A stretch of DNA of 64,000 nt, from positions 83,818 through 147,817 of the forward strand of contig CALAFB010000082.1 of assembly GCA_937891135.1 (NCBI GenBank), in the 5' to 3' direction. Shown one piece after another: positions 1 to 10,138 of this stretch. The position numbers and the translations under genes are program-made. The DNA is from an uncultured Elusimicrobium sp. (lineage in GTDB: Bacteria > Elusimicrobiota > Elusimicrobia > Elusimicrobiales > Elusimicrobiaceae). Positions within the stretch are counted from its first letter, which is position 1. Every line of letters starts with the position of its first letter. The notes under the pieces are model-generated. The model was given only the letters and a program-made list of their open reading frames with translations. It made no database searches and was not told where the DNA came from.

Positions 1-240
1 CGTTTCCCTCGCCCCTTGAGGGAGAGGGTGCCCCGAGTCGGTGCTCCCTAAAAGTTTCTGTTCAGGATCTTTGCCTTGTTTTTTGAAAGCGGATCGGATG
101 CTGAGCAACAATGCCCCAGCATGATAATTCTTTTTACAACGGCACCTGTTGAAGATTCCCAACTCTTGGGAATGGCTTTTTTGTTTAACAACCACATTTT
201 CATTTTGCGTATTTCCCCGCCGGGTAATTATATTGTACAT
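1..240 (-). CDS. 5' part of a probable type IV pilin with extended leader peptide (runs off window start; absent from ORF track)
   Basis: Hand translation from ATG at 240 is open to position 1: MYNIITRRGNTQNENVVVKQKSHSQELGIFNRCRCKKNYHAGALLLSIRSAFKKQGKDPEQKLLGSTDSGHPLPQGARET. It shares the TRRG start and the LLLSIxSAxKxQGxDPEQKL module with pilin 28353..29114 and is preceded by the pilin leader element. The GFTLIE motif itself lies outside the window. Confidence 0.75.
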   Translation of the reverse strand, partial: MYNIITRRGNTQNENVVVKQKSHSQELGIFNRCRCKKNYHAGALLLSIRSAFKKQGKDPEQKLLGSTDSGHPLPQGARET

Positions 241-275
241 TTTATTTCCTTTTGCTTAAGTTCGGATTAGCCCAA

Positions 276-472
276 CAAAAACGGCCGTTCTGCTAATCTG
301 CAAAAGGGATAGATTACCATAACCAGCCGCTGTCTGTCTTGAATGACAGACACTCGGCACAAAACCCATAGGGAGCGACCCTACTTCGTCCTGTGCCTAT
401 AACGACTGTTCTTGACCCTTTTGCGTATTTTACATACACGCTGCACCCCTAGTGCAGCTTCAAAAAAACAGA
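276..472 (-). ncRNA. Conserved structured leader RNA, copy A
   Basis: Sense strand: ctgtttttttgaa, hairpin GCTGCAC/GTGCAGC, P1 GCAAAAGGG(424-416)/CCCTTTTGC(308-300), tcaagaacagtcg, GGCACA..TGTGCC, gagtg, TGTCTGTC/GACAGACA, terminator ending ggccgttttt. Confidence 0.8.
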
Positions 473-538
473 ATACCTTATGTTTTACGCCTAATCGGCG
501 CGCGAAAATACCCTCCTATGTAACGATATTTTATAAAA

Positions 539-1744
539 TTATTTATCCAAAAAACTTTTGCCTACCTGTAACGGCGGCAAATGAAAATAATCGGCAATCG
601 TTTGTCCCAAATCGGCATACGTGTCCCGCCCACCGATAAACTGCGGTGTTACATGTTTGCCAAACATCAAAACCGGTACATGCTCACGCGTGTGGTCTGT
701 GCCGGTATAAGTAGGGTCGCACCCGTGGTCTGCAGTAATAAACACTACGTCATTCTCTTGCAGCTGGGCGGCCAATTCCGGCAAGCGGGAATCAAAATAT
801 TCCAACCCTTTTGCATAGCCGGTCACATCCCGGCGGTGGCCGTAGACCATATCAAAATCCACAAAGTTTGTAAACACCAAACTAAAATCCGGTGCATGTT
901 GGGCTTCGTAAAGCGTAACGTCCCATAACTCTTTGAGACCGGATGCCTTTACCGATTTGGTAATGCCCTGGTTTGCAAAAATATCCGCAATTTTACCGAC
1001 GGAAATCACCTGCCCGCCCGCATTTTTAAGGGCATCTAACACGGTGGATTGCGGCGGTTTGACGGAGTAATCGTGCCGGTTTTGGGTACGCGTAAATTCG
1101 CCTTTATGTTCGCCGGTGAACGGGCGCGCAATCACACGTGCAATATGGTATGGTTTTACATGTTTAAAAGCAATTTCACACACTTCATACAACCGTTCCA
1201 ACCCAAAATAGGTTTCGTGTGCGGCAATTTGAAAAACGCTGTCTGCTGACGTATAACAAATCGGCTTACCGGTTTGAATGTGTGCTTCGCCCAATTCCTC
1301 TATAATTACCGTTCCGCTGGCGGCTTTGTTGCCTAAAATGCCGGGAAGGTGTGCTTCGGCACAAATTTTTTGAATTAACTCCGCTGGGAAAGATGGCTCA
1401 TGGGGCGGAAAATAGCCCCACTCAAAATTGACCGGAGCCCCGGCCATTTCCCAATGCCCGGAAGAAGTATCCTTCCCGCGGCTCAGTTCCCGCATAAAAC
1501 CGTATTTAGACGGTAATTGTACCTGTGCAGGCGGTTGCATCCCTATGGGTAACGGGCGCCCCGTAGAGGCTTTGGCCGCTTTGGCTAAACCCAGCGAAAC
1601 CAAATTAGGAATTTTTAATCCGCCGCATTGTTGGGCAATATGGCCTAATGTATCGGCCCCGGCGTCGCCGAATTGATCAGCATCTTCGGCTCCCCCAATA
1701 CCTACCGAGTCCAACATCAAAATAACGGCCCGTCTTGTAGTCAT
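539..1744 (-). CDS. deoB: Phosphopentomutase
   Basis: [60 protein letters not shown] motifs. Confidence 0.95.
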   Translation of the reverse strand: MTTRRAVILMLDSVGIGGAEDADQFGDAGADTLGHIAQQCGGLKIPNLVSLGLAKAAKASTGRPLPIGMQPPAQVQLPSKYGFMRELSRGKDTSSGHWEMAGAPVNFEWGYFPPHEPSFPAELIQKICAEAHLPGILGNKAASGTVIIEELGEAHIQTGKPICYTSADSVFQIAAHETYFGLERLYEVCEIAFKHVKPYHIARVIARPFTGEHKGEFTRTQNRHDYSVKPPQSTVLDALKNAGGQVISVGKIADIFANQGITKSVKASGLKELWDVTLYEAQHAPDFSLVFTNFVDFDMVYGHRRDVTGYAKGLEYFDSRLPELAAQLQENDVVFITADHGCDPTYTGTDHTREHVPVLMFGKHVTPQFIGGRDTYADLGQTIADYFHLPPLQVGKSFLDK

Positions 1745-1828
1745 AGTAAACTCCTTTCTTCTATTATAGCCAAAAAAACACGCGTCTGTCTAACCAAAAT
1801 GCTATAGTAAACAAAAGGAGGAATTTTT

Positions 1829-2350
1829 ATGAATCAGGCATACCGCAATATGCGGGCGTTTTGGTTGGACGCACGTAACTTGGAAAACCGCAAAGGCATG
1901 TTAGAAATTGGCCCGGAAAAAATTGTCGGGGCCGGGGTGGAAATGGCCTTGGCCGATGGAACAGCCCGCAAGCATTTGCTCATTGCTACCAATTCATTGG
2001 GGGATAGCAGCTTGTATTTTGAGAACAATAGTAAAAGCGGTTTGGGTGGTATGATTGGCGGCCATGGCAACGAACCCTTGCAAACAGCTGCTGCACACCT
2101 GTTGGCCCATGCCAGCAAACTAACTGACCAGATGATAAAACTTCCGGCCGGGGCAAACTTGCCCGCCCCTTCGGCTGCCGGGCAGGTATGTTTGTTTGCC
2201 CTTTCCAAAGAAAATTTGTTTTATAAAGAAATGGCTGAAACAGAAGCCCGTAACCCGGCCAATCCGTTTTACCCCATGTTTGCCTATTCTCAGCAAGTTA
2301 TTGGACTATTCAAAACACAAGATGAAAAAACACCCCCAGCCCATGCATAA
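1829..2350 (+). CDS. Hypothetical protein
   Basis: 173 aa ORF with strong RBS (aggagg); no family recognised. Confidence 0.7.
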   Translation: MNQAYRNMRAFWLDARNLENRKGMLEIGPEKIVGAGVEMALADGTARKHLLIATNSLGDSSLYFENNSKSGLGGMIGGHGNEPLQTAAAHLLAHASKLTDQMIKLPAGANLPAPSAAGQVCLFALSKENLFYKEMAETEARNPANPFYPMFAYSQQVIGLFKTQDEKTPPAHA

Positions 2351-2411
2351 AATACGGCGGGAAATTTATCGGAAATGATATAATATAAAAAATCCCGTTT
2401 TTTAAAAAAAT

Positions 2412-4652
2412 ATGCAAAAAGTTTCCTTCCGCTCCTTTTTTGTATTTGCGCTAGTGGCTGCTGTTATTATTACGGCAGGCGTGATACTTTATTGGCGGCA
2501 AGTAAACATCTTACTGGAAAAAGATGTTAAAACCCATATTGCCGATGCCGGGAAAGAAGCCGCTTCGGATTTTGACCGTCTGGTACAGACCGACCATGAA
2601 ATTTTAGCTACCTGCGCGCTGTCTATTGAAGATTCTTATCCATGGAAGGATGAAGCTTTTTTAGCCGAAACATTGGCGCGGTACAGGCAAAATGGTCCGT
2701 TTTCCGTGTTGGGCTTAGTCCTGCAAGACGGCACCACCCTTTATGCGAATCCTACGGACCGTCCTTTAAGCCCAAAGGCGCTTGATTCCATTTTAAAACA
2801 CACGCAAAAAACCCCTTTTTTTGTAGAAGTCCGTCCACGGGAAGAAGGGAAATATCATTCCTCTATTTTAGTACAAGCCGTCGCGCTAGACCCGAACGAG
2901 GCTACCCCCGTGGGGGCTTTATTTGCTGTGCAAAAAGACAACTACTATAAGGACGTTTTGGCCTTGACAGCTTTAGGGGGGGACGGGCATGCCGTTATTA
3001 TGCGTCGGGACGGTCATATTGTACTCACGTATGAAACTCCTAAATTTATCAACATATTTTCCGGTTTAAGTAATGTAACGCTGGACCCATCCTTATCCTT
3101 AGACCAAATCCGCCAGGCGGTTCAAAATGGGCAAACCTTACTGGTAGGTTACCGGACGGAAGACGGATTGCATCATTTCTTGCAATTTGTTCCGTTGCAA
3201 ATAAACGATTGGTATTTGGTATCTTCTGTACCCGCACAATATGTAGAGGCGCAAGCGACGCAAGTGGCTAAACTGTCGCTTATTTTGTTTGGTGTAGTAT
3301 TTTTAATATTTTATTATTTGTTCTTTTTAATTATGCGTATCCGCGATGACAGCAACCGCCGTTTATTTACTACCGCTTTTGTGGACCCGCTGACAGGGGC
3401 TGATAATTTTAGCCGTATGTGTGAACAGTTTGACACGAAACTAGCCGGGTTTAACCGCCAAGCTGCGTTGGTTATTTTTGACATCAATAAGTTTAAAGTC
3501 ATTAACGATTTACACGGCTACGAACGCGGCAACGAAGTATTAAAACGTGTGGCCCAAGTATTGCAGCAAGAACTGGCCGCGGAAGAAACTTTTTGCCGGC
3601 TGTCTGCCGATAATTTTATTCTGCTTTTAAAATATGCAGACCGTAAAGAATTTATCAAACGGCTCAAAAATTTAGCTACGCTATTAAAACGTAATTGTAC
3701 GGTGGAAGATTCATGTTTGCTACTGGATATTGCGTTTGGTATTTACGAAATTACCGAGGAACAACTACCATTTTATATCATGCTGGACCGTGCCAACCTG
3801 GCCTTGGAACATGCCAAAGCGCGTCCGTTTGATAAATGTGAATTTTACGATGCGGCAGACCGCAGCCGCTTAGTAGCGGAAAAACAGATAGAAAGTGAAA
3901 TGGAAAATGCTCTAGCTGCCGGAGAATTTGAAATTTATTTACAGCCAAAATGTGATTTTGCGAGTGGAGAAATCCGCGGGGCCGAAGCTTTGGTCCGTTG
4001 GAACCGTGGGGAAGACCGCATAGTCCGCCCGGATGAATTTATCCCGGTATTTGAGCGCAACGGTTTTATTTTACAACTGGATATGTTTATTTTAGAAGAA
4101 GCCGCCCGGTTATTATCTACCTGGCGTGCCAACCAAATGCCCGTGGTGCCGCTGGCAGTCAATTTTTCACGGCTGCATTTAAATGACGCCCGGTTTATTC
4201 CGCAAATGCGCCGTATTATGGCCCAATACAACGTCCCCAATCATCTGATAGAAGCAGAAATTACCGAAAGTGTCATTTTTAACAACCTAGAGCGTGCACA
4301 AGAAGTAATCGGCCAACTGCATTTGTACGGTTTCCCGGTAGCGATGGATGATTTTGGTTCCGGGTATTCTTCGTTAAATGTACTCAAAGAACTAAAATTT
4401 GACAGTATTAAATTAGACAAAGAATTTTTATCCGGTTTTGAAGAAAACCTGCGGGCCCAAAAAGTAATTGAAGGGGCTGTACGTATGATTAAAACATTGG
4501 GTGTAAAAGTAGTTACCGAAGGGGTAGAAACCCGTGAACAAGCCGAATTTTTACGCAAATGCGGGGCAGACCTGGCGCAGGGTTATTTCTTCAGCCGTCC
4601 GGTCACGGCTACTACGTTTGAGCAATTACTCCACAAGAAAAAACTGATGTAA
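2412..4652 (+). CDS. Membrane sensor GGDEF-EAL protein, probable c-di-GMP phosphodiesterase
   Basis: Two TM helices flanking a Cache-like region; degenerate GGDEF (RLSADNF); intact EAL domain (GAEALVRW, DDFGSGYSS, EGVET, QGYFFSRP). Confidence 0.9.
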   Translation: MQKVSFRSFFVFALVAAVIITAGVILYWRQVNILLEKDVKTHIADAGKEAASDFDRLVQTDHEILATCALSIEDSYPWKDEAFLAETLARYRQNGPFSVLGLVLQDGTTLYANPTDRPLSPKALDSILKHTQKTPFFVEVRPREEGKYHSSILVQAVALDPNEATPVGALFAVQKDNYYKDVLALTALGGDGHAVIMRRDGHIVLTYETPKFINIFSGLSNVTLDPSLSLDQIRQAVQNGQTLLVGYRTEDGLHHFLQFVPLQINDWYLVSSVPAQYVEAQATQVAKLSLILFGVVFLIFYYLFFLIMRIRDDSNRRLFTTAFVDPLTGADNFSRMCEQFDTKLAGFNRQAALVIFDINKFKVINDLHGYERGNEVLKRVAQVLQQELAAEETFCRLSADNFILLLKYADRKEFIKRLKNLATLLKRNCTVEDSCLLLDIAFGIYEITEEQLPFYIMLDRANLALEHAKARPFDKCEFYDAADRSRLVAEKQIESEMENALAAGEFEIYLQPKCDFASGEIRGAEALVRWNRGEDRIVRPDEFIPVFERNGFILQLDMFILEEAARLLSTWRANQMPVVPLAVNFSRLHLNDARFIPQMRRIMAQYNVPNHLIEAEITESVIFNNLERAQEVIGQLHLYGFPVAMDDFGSGYSSLNVLKELKFDSIKLDKEFLSGFEENLRAQKVIEGAVRMIKTLGVKVVTEGVETREQAEFLRKCGADLAQGYFFSRPVTATTFEQLLHKKKLM

Positions 4653-4671
4653 AGGCTTTATGTTTCTTGTT

Positions 4672-4704
4672 TCGGGCCGGGGCCTTAAAATCCCGGCCGA
4701 TTTT
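4672..4704 (+). terminator. Intrinsic terminator after EAL gene
   Basis: ggccgggg..tcccggcc hairpin followed by a T run. Confidence 0.6.
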
Positions 4705-4728
4705 TATAATATAAGTACAATTTTATTT

Positions 4729-4942
4729 TGTTTTTGGAACCGTGTGAAGAACACGGAGAATGTTTTAAAAACATCTAGTCAACGCCAAGAATAGTCGTTA
4801 AAGCACAATATGATAAAGCTGATCCCTTTATTGTATTGTGCTGAATGTTTATCACTTTTGTGATAGATTGCGGCTAATTTGTTGGGTTCTGTTGACTAGA
4901 CTCAGTAAATTGAGCCGTTTTTATACACGTTCTCCAAAGGCA
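4729..4942 (+). ncRNA. Conserved structured leader RNA, copy B
   Basis: TATAAT 4705-4710; tgtttttggaa; CCGTGT/ACACGG; P1 TCTAGTCAAC 4774-4783 / GTTGACTAGA 4891-4900; ccaagaatagtcg; AGCACAATA/TATTGTGCT; ~19 bp terminator 4870-4922 ending agccgttttt. Confidence 0.85.
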
Positions 4943-4999
4943 GGTAAATTGAAATTAAAAGTGGGTCAGGTGTAAACCTGACAATAAAAGGAGAATGTT

Positions 5000-5731
5000 A
5001 TGAAGCAAGAAATTACCCGGCAGGGTTTTACGCAAATAGTAAAAAATGATGGGGTTATCTGTCCCCCTTGTGGGGAAAGTGTCGCGCAAGTGACCAAAGA
5101 GGGGCCAAATTGGAAAAAGTCCTTAGGTCCCTTCCTAACGGCAGTACTCTCTCCAAGCGGAAAAACTAATTTTCTTTGGCACTACGTGTCCCTTCTCCCA
5201 CGCAGGGGGGGAAGATAATGAGACCAGGACTTCATTCCCACAAGGGATAACTCACGGCTTTACGCTCATTGAACTCTTAGTCGTGGTGCTTATCATCGGT
5301 ATCCTGGCTGCCGTAGCGTTGCCGCAATATCAGCGCGGGCGGTAGAAAAAGCCCATATGGTGGAAGCCGTTGCTAATGTACGCGCGATTGCAAATGCCCA
5401 CCAACTGTATTATTTGACCCACGGGGAATACTTGGGCCCAAGCGATATGGACAAATTAGATATTACAATACCGGGTACGATAGATAATTCCTTCGGGTCA
5501 GATCGTATTAAAACAAACGATTTTATTTATGCACCTAGTGATAGTGAAGGGATACGCCTAGCCGTCGCACAACGAGTTCGTTCTAGTTCAGATGCTAGTC
5601 GTGCGGTATATTTTATTCACATTACACAAACAAATCCCGAAAAGATTAATTGTAATGTCCATCTGAACGGTTCTGCCAATTCCATTCAAAAAGAATTATG
5701 CCAACAATTAAACCGTACTGGAGTTTTATAA
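5000..5731 (+). pseudogene. Type IV pilin (PilE-like) with extended leader and two frameshifts
   Basis: Start [38 protein letters not shown] begins at 5256 in another frame; C-terminal part is 5357..5731. Removing one G from G7 (5205-5211) and the extra CG at ~5334-5337 gives one continuous ORF. Confidence 0.85.
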
Positions 5732-5798
5732 AGGTACTACTTAAAAATAGGTCCAAATTCTCGTGCTGCCGGTACTACCAATTTGCTACCATACTTTT

Positions 5799-7253
5799 AT
5801 GTTTAAAAGTACCGTACTGGCATATGCCGCGCAGCAACATATCTCCTTAAAAGGGCTTACGTTCCGTTCGCAAGACGTGCAGCCCGGGTTTGTGTTTTTT
5901 GCGTTAAAAGGGGCCAACGCAGATGGGAATTTATTTATGGAGGATGCCGTCAAACGCGGCGCGGTGTTGCTGGTTTCGGCCCAACCCGCTGCACACGATT
6001 ACGGCGTACCCTTTTACCTTTCCTCAGCTATTGATAAAGATATGGCGGATGCCGCGTATGAATTTTACGGCCGCCCGTCGGATGCGTTGCGGATGTACGG
6101 CATTACGGGCACGAAAGGTAAAACTTCTATTGCGTATTTGCTGGAAAGCATTTTGCAAACAGCCGGACAAAAAACAGGCGTGTTCGGCACCGTAAACTAC
6201 CGCGCCAACAGCGTGGAAATTTGTAAAGCCCCTAACACTACACCCGCCGCGCTCACGCTTTTTAAATTGCTTGCCCAGATGAAACAACAAGCGTGTGAAA
6301 ATATAGTCATGGAAGTTTCTTCCCACGCATTAGAACTGCAGCGCGTGCGTAACATTTGGTACGACACGGCTATCTTTACTAACTTACAGCGCGATCATTT
6401 GGACTTTCACAAAACCTTTGAAAATTATTTTGCCGCCAAAGTAAAATTATTTGAAAATTTGGCCAGTCCGCAAAATTTTAAACCGCACCGCACCGCTGTT
6501 ATTAACGCGGATGACCCGTATGGGCAGCGGCTTATCCAGGGATTTCAAAACCGCGTCAACATCGTTACATTCGGTATCAACCACCCGGCCGATTTTACCG
6601 CAACCCACATCCAAGAATTTTTAACGCATACGTCGTTTGAAATAAACGGTGTGCCGGTAAAAATCCAACTCTTAGGCAAACACAATGTATATAATGCATT
6701 AGCGGCTTGTGCAGCTGCGTGTGCCAACGGTATTTCATTGGAAAACGCGCTTTGCGGGTTAGCGGCCTTGCCCGGTGTACCGGGGCGTATGGAACGTATT
6801 GACGAAGGACAACCGTTTTTTACGTATGTGGATTTTGCATACACCAATGAATCCTTACAGCGTGCGTTTGATACCGTGCGTCCGTTTAAAAAAGGCCGCG
6901 TGCTGTTGGTATTTGGTTGTGGCGGCCAGCGGGACCGTACCAAGCGTCCTTTAATGGGGGCTACTGCTTGCCAAGAAGCAGATTGCGTTTTTTTAACGAA
7001 TGACAATCCTCGTTGTGAAGACCCCCAACAAATTTTTAAAGATATTTTAGCCGGCATGCAAGGGCAAACAAATTATACCGTCGTGCCGGACCGTGCTGCC
7101 GCCATTGGGCAAGCCTTGCAAGCCGCCCAGCCGCAAGACATTGTTATTATTGCCGGAAAAGGCCACGAAGACTATCAGTTAATCGGCACGGAAAAGCGTC
7201 ATTTTTCGGACCAGGAAACTGTGCGCAATTTTCTGCGGGGGAAGTATGTTTAA
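5799..7253 (+). CDS. murE: UDP-MurNAc-tripeptide (meso-DAP) ligase
   Basis: GITGTKGKTS, NTTP, MEVSSHAL, FTNLQRDHLDFH, GCGGQRD, DNPR, AGKGHE; likely start is MFKS at 5799. Confidence 0.95.
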   Translation: MFKSTVLAYAAQQHISLKGLTFRSQDVQPGFVFFALKGANADGNLFMEDAVKRGAVLLVSAQPAAHDYGVPFYLSSAIDKDMADAAYEFYGRPSDALRMYGITGTKGKTSIAYLLESILQTAGQKTGVFGTVNYRANSVEICKAPNTTPAALTLFKLLAQMKQQACENIVMEVSSHALELQRVRNIWYDTAIFTNLQRDHLDFHKTFENYFAAKVKLFENLASPQNFKPHRTAVINADDPYGQRLIQGFQNRVNIVTFGINHPADFTATHIQEFLTHTSFEINGVPVKIQLLGKHNVYNALAACAAACANGISLENALCGLAALPGVPGRMERIDEGQPFFTYVDFAYTNESLQRAFDTVRPFKKGRVLLVFGCGGQRDRTKRPLMGATACQEADCVFLTNDNPRCEDPQQIFKDILAGMQGQTNYTVVPDRAAAIGQALQAAQPQDIVIIAGKGHEDYQLIGTEKRHFSDQETVRNFLRGKYV

Positions 7254-8604
7254 TTTAAAAGATTTTCCGGGGAAGAAAGTTACCGTGTTAGGCGGCGGGA
7301 AAAGTGGTCAGGCTGCTGCCCGGTTATTAGCTGCACATGGGTGTGAGGTGCTGATTAGTGATGAACAAGATATTTTTTTGGATGCGCCGTCCGCACAAAT
7401 TTCTGTAGAAAGCGGTGGGCATACAGAACAAGTTTTTCTGGCAGATTTTTTAGTGAAAAGCCCGGGTATTTTTCCGAAAAGTGCCGTGTTGTTAAAGGCG
7501 CAAGAATTAGGAATCCCGGTGTTTAGTGAATTGGAAGTTGCTCTTTCTTTTTTACCGAAGAATGTGCGTATATTAGCCGTTAGCGGAACCAATGGAAAAA
7601 CTACAACTACCAGCTTGTTAGGAGAGATTTTAACCCAAAAACTAAAACGGCAAAAATCCGGCAAGCAGGTGTGGGTATGCGGAAATATTGGCAATCCAAT
7701 TTCGGCCTGTGTAGAGGATGTACAACCCGGGGATGAGATGGTGCTGGAAGTATCCAGCTATCAGCTGGAAGACAGTACCTTCTTTCATCCGCATATCGCG
7801 GGGCTTTTAAATATTACACCGGATCATTTAGACCACCACGGCGGTATGAAAAATTATATGGCTGCCAAGGCCCGTTTGTTTAAAGAGCAACAATCGGCAG
7901 ATATAGCTGTATTAAACGGAGCAGATGCTTTATGCGCCCAGTTGGCCGAGCAAATTAAAAGTGAATTATGGGTATTTTCAGCCCAACCAAAGCATTGGTT
8001 AAAGACGGATGTATTTTTTGACGGAGATGAACTCATTTTTAGCAATGGGCCACAACTGCGCCCGCCGCATTTAATCGGCATTCATAACGTAGAAAACGCC
8101 ATGGCTGCCGCTTTAATGGCTATGGCAGACGGAGCTTCGGCCGAAGATGTACAATCTGCTTTTGATGCATTTCAAGCGATTGAGCACCGTATTGAAACCG
8201 TGGCTACGATAAACAATATAACCTACATCAATGATTCTAAGGCTACAAATTTGGACTCCACCATTACCGCGTTAAAAAGTTTTGATAAGCAAAAAAATAT
8301 ATGGCTTATTTTAGGCGGGCGCGATAAAGGAGCCTCGTATGAAGTATTGTTACCCTATTTAAAAGACCATTGTAAGCAGGTGTTATCTATCGGCGAAAGT
8401 ATGGATAAAATTGAGCGCGAGCTTCAGGGGGCGTTTCCCATTATGCGTTGTGAAACTTTAGAACGTGCCGTGAAGACTGCCGCCCAAAAAGCCCAACCGG
8501 GCGACGTGGTGTTGTTATCCCCGGCCTGTGCCAGTTTTGACCAGTTTAAAAGTTTTGAAGAACGCGGCGAAAAATTTAAAGAGTACGTCCGTCAACAGGG
8601 GTAA
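7246..8604 (+). CDS. murD: UDP-MurNAc-L-Ala:D-Glu ligase
   Basis: GGGKSG, SPG, GTNGKTTT, GNIG, LEVSSYQLE, NDSKATN, LLSPACASFDQF. Confidence 0.95.
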   Translation: MFNLKDFPGKKVTVLGGGKSGQAAARLLAAHGCEVLISDEQDIFLDAPSAQISVESGGHTEQVFLADFLVKSPGIFPKSAVLLKAQELGIPVFSELEVALSFLPKNVRILAVSGTNGKTTTTSLLGEILTQKLKRQKSGKQVWVCGNIGNPISACVEDVQPGDEMVLEVSSYQLEDSTFFHPHIAGLLNITPDHLDHHGGMKNYMAAKARLFKEQQSADIAVLNGADALCAQLAEQIKSELWVFSAQPKHWLKTDVFFDGDELIFSNGPQLRPPHLIGIHNVENAMAAALMAMADGASAEDVQSAFDAFQAIEHRIETVATINNITYINDSKATNLDSTITALKSFDKQKNIWLILGGRDKGASYEVLLPYLKDHCKQVLSIGESMDKIERELQGAFPIMRCETLERAVKTAAQKAQPGDVVLLSPACASFDQFKSFEERGEKFKEYVRQQG

Positions 8605-8678
8605 CCCCTTTTCGTGTTTTTGTAGAGATATACTTGTCTGCATACCTTCTAAAACGGAATGTTTTAGGAAGTGTGTTA

Positions 8679-8723
8679 TTGTGATACTAAACCCCCGACA
8701 TAACCGGGGGTTTAGTATCACAA
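8679..8723. repeat. Palindrome resembling an IS200/IS605 end or REP, copy 1; may act as bidirectional terminator
   Basis: ttgtgatactaaacccccg-acataac-cgggggtttagtatcacaa; near-identical to 15707-15741. Confidence 0.65.
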
Positions 8724-8740
8724 CAACCACGCAAAAAGAA

Positions 8741-10138
8741 TTATTTCTTTTGTGTTTCTTTCATGTCCGTTTCCGTCCAGCCGCCGCCTAAGGCTTTGGC
8801 TAAATCCACTACGGCGTCCAATTCATTATTGCGGGCGGTAGCTAGGTTCATTTCAGCCGAGAGGAACGTCTCCTCCACACTCAATAAATCTGTTACCCCA
8901 ATGAGCCCTGCATCTTCCTGCTTTTTAGTCAGTTCATAGCTGCGGCGCATATCATTGGTTTGCGCTAGGTACGAATCATAAATTTGACGGTACATTTGAT
9001 TGGAATTTAATGCATCTAACGCTTCCTTAAAAGCCAGTTGGACGGTTTTTTGGTAATTGGCGTAGACTTCGTGGTATTTGGCCTCCGCTTGTTTGTTTTC
9101 GGCTTTAATTTTACCGCCTTCAAAAATCGGTGCAGCTACACTCCCGGCCATATTCCATACACCGGCACCGCCACTAAATAAACTGGTTAGCGCATTACTT
9201 GCATATCCGGCACCCGCCGTTAACGAAATATCTGGGAAATACGATGAGCGCGCCACGCCGATATCTGCATTGGCAGCAATTAAATTTTGCTCAGCGGCCA
9301 TTACGTCCGGGCGGCGTTCCAACAAGTCCGACGGTAAATTAGCCGGTACATCCGGCACCAAGGTTTCTTCGTTGAGCGTTTTGCCGCGTGTCATTTTTTC
9401 TTCCACAATGGACCGCGGAGATTTACCAAGCAGCACGGCCAGCGCAGTTTCCGTTTTGGCAAGTTGCAACCGTAGATTTTCTTCTTCGGCTTTCACGCTA
9501 GACATATTGGCTTGCACTCGGCGTAAGTCCACTTCTGTCGCGTAGCCGGCTTCGTAGCGGCTTTGGTAAATACGGACGTTTTCTTGCCGGGCCGCCAAGG
9601 TCTGCTGGGCAATTTTAATTTGTTCATCCAGCATCAGCATCATAAAATACTGCTTAGCAACGTCGGCCGTTAAGGTTAGTTTGACGGTATCCCGCGCGGC
9701 TTCACTCGCTAAGAGTTTTGCCCGGGCAGATTCTTTCATCCGGCGGTATTTTCCCCATAAATCCAGCTCAAACGATACGTTGATCCCGGCCCGGCTCATA
9801 CTTTCTCCGGAATCGGACGCATTCCCTTCCCGTCCGGTTGTTCCGGTAGCAGAGACATTCGGTAATTGATTCGCCCCAACTATGGCCACGGCTGCACGTG
9901 CCTGGTCTACCCGGGCCACGGCAGCTTTTAAATCCCAGTTATATTGAAGAGCCGTCTCTTCCATTTCATTGAGTACCGGGTCGTTAAACAGGGTCCACCA
10001 ATTTTGTTGGGTAAACACGGTTGCATTTTTATTCTCTGCTCCGGCGGGTAAATCATGTTGTGGGCGTTTATAACTGGGTCCTAATGTACACCCGGCACAA
10101 AGAACAGCACAACTTACTAATAAATTTATACATTTCAT
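8741..10138 (-). CDS. RND efflux outer-membrane lipoprotein (OprM/NodT family)
   Basis: Lipobox CAGC, FELDLWG, PSDLLERRPDV, LAKALGGGW. Confidence 0.92.
   Translation of the reverse strand: MKCINLLVSCAVLCAGCTLGPSYKRPQHDLPAGAENKNATVFTQQNWWTLFNDPVLNEMEETALQYNWDLKAAVARVDQARAAVAIVGANQLPNVSATGTTGREGNASDSGESMSRAGINVSFELDLWGKYRRMKESARAKLLASEAARDTVKLTLTADVAKQYFMMLMLDEQIKIAQQTLAARQENVRIYQSRYEAGYATEVDLRRVQANMSSVKAEEENLRLQLAKTETALAVLLGKSPRSIVEEKMTRGKTLNEETLVPDVPANLPSDLLERRPDVMAAEQNLIAANADIGVARSSYFPDISLTAGAGYASNALTSLFSGGAGVWNMAGSVAAPIFEGGKIKAENKQAEAKYHEVYANYQKTVQLAFKEALDALNSNQMYRQIYDSYLAQTNDMRRSYELTKKQEDAGLIGVTDLLSVEETFLSAEMNLATARNNELDAVVDLAKALGGGWTETDMKETQKK

Noticed and set aside
4774..4900. P1/P1' inverted repeats as DNA-invertase sites (invertible promoter)
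   Set aside because: The -10 box lies outside the repeats, the repeats differ at every locus, all nine copies have the same internal orientation, and mismatches are G-U type. Read-level inversion data would be needed to exclude it fully.
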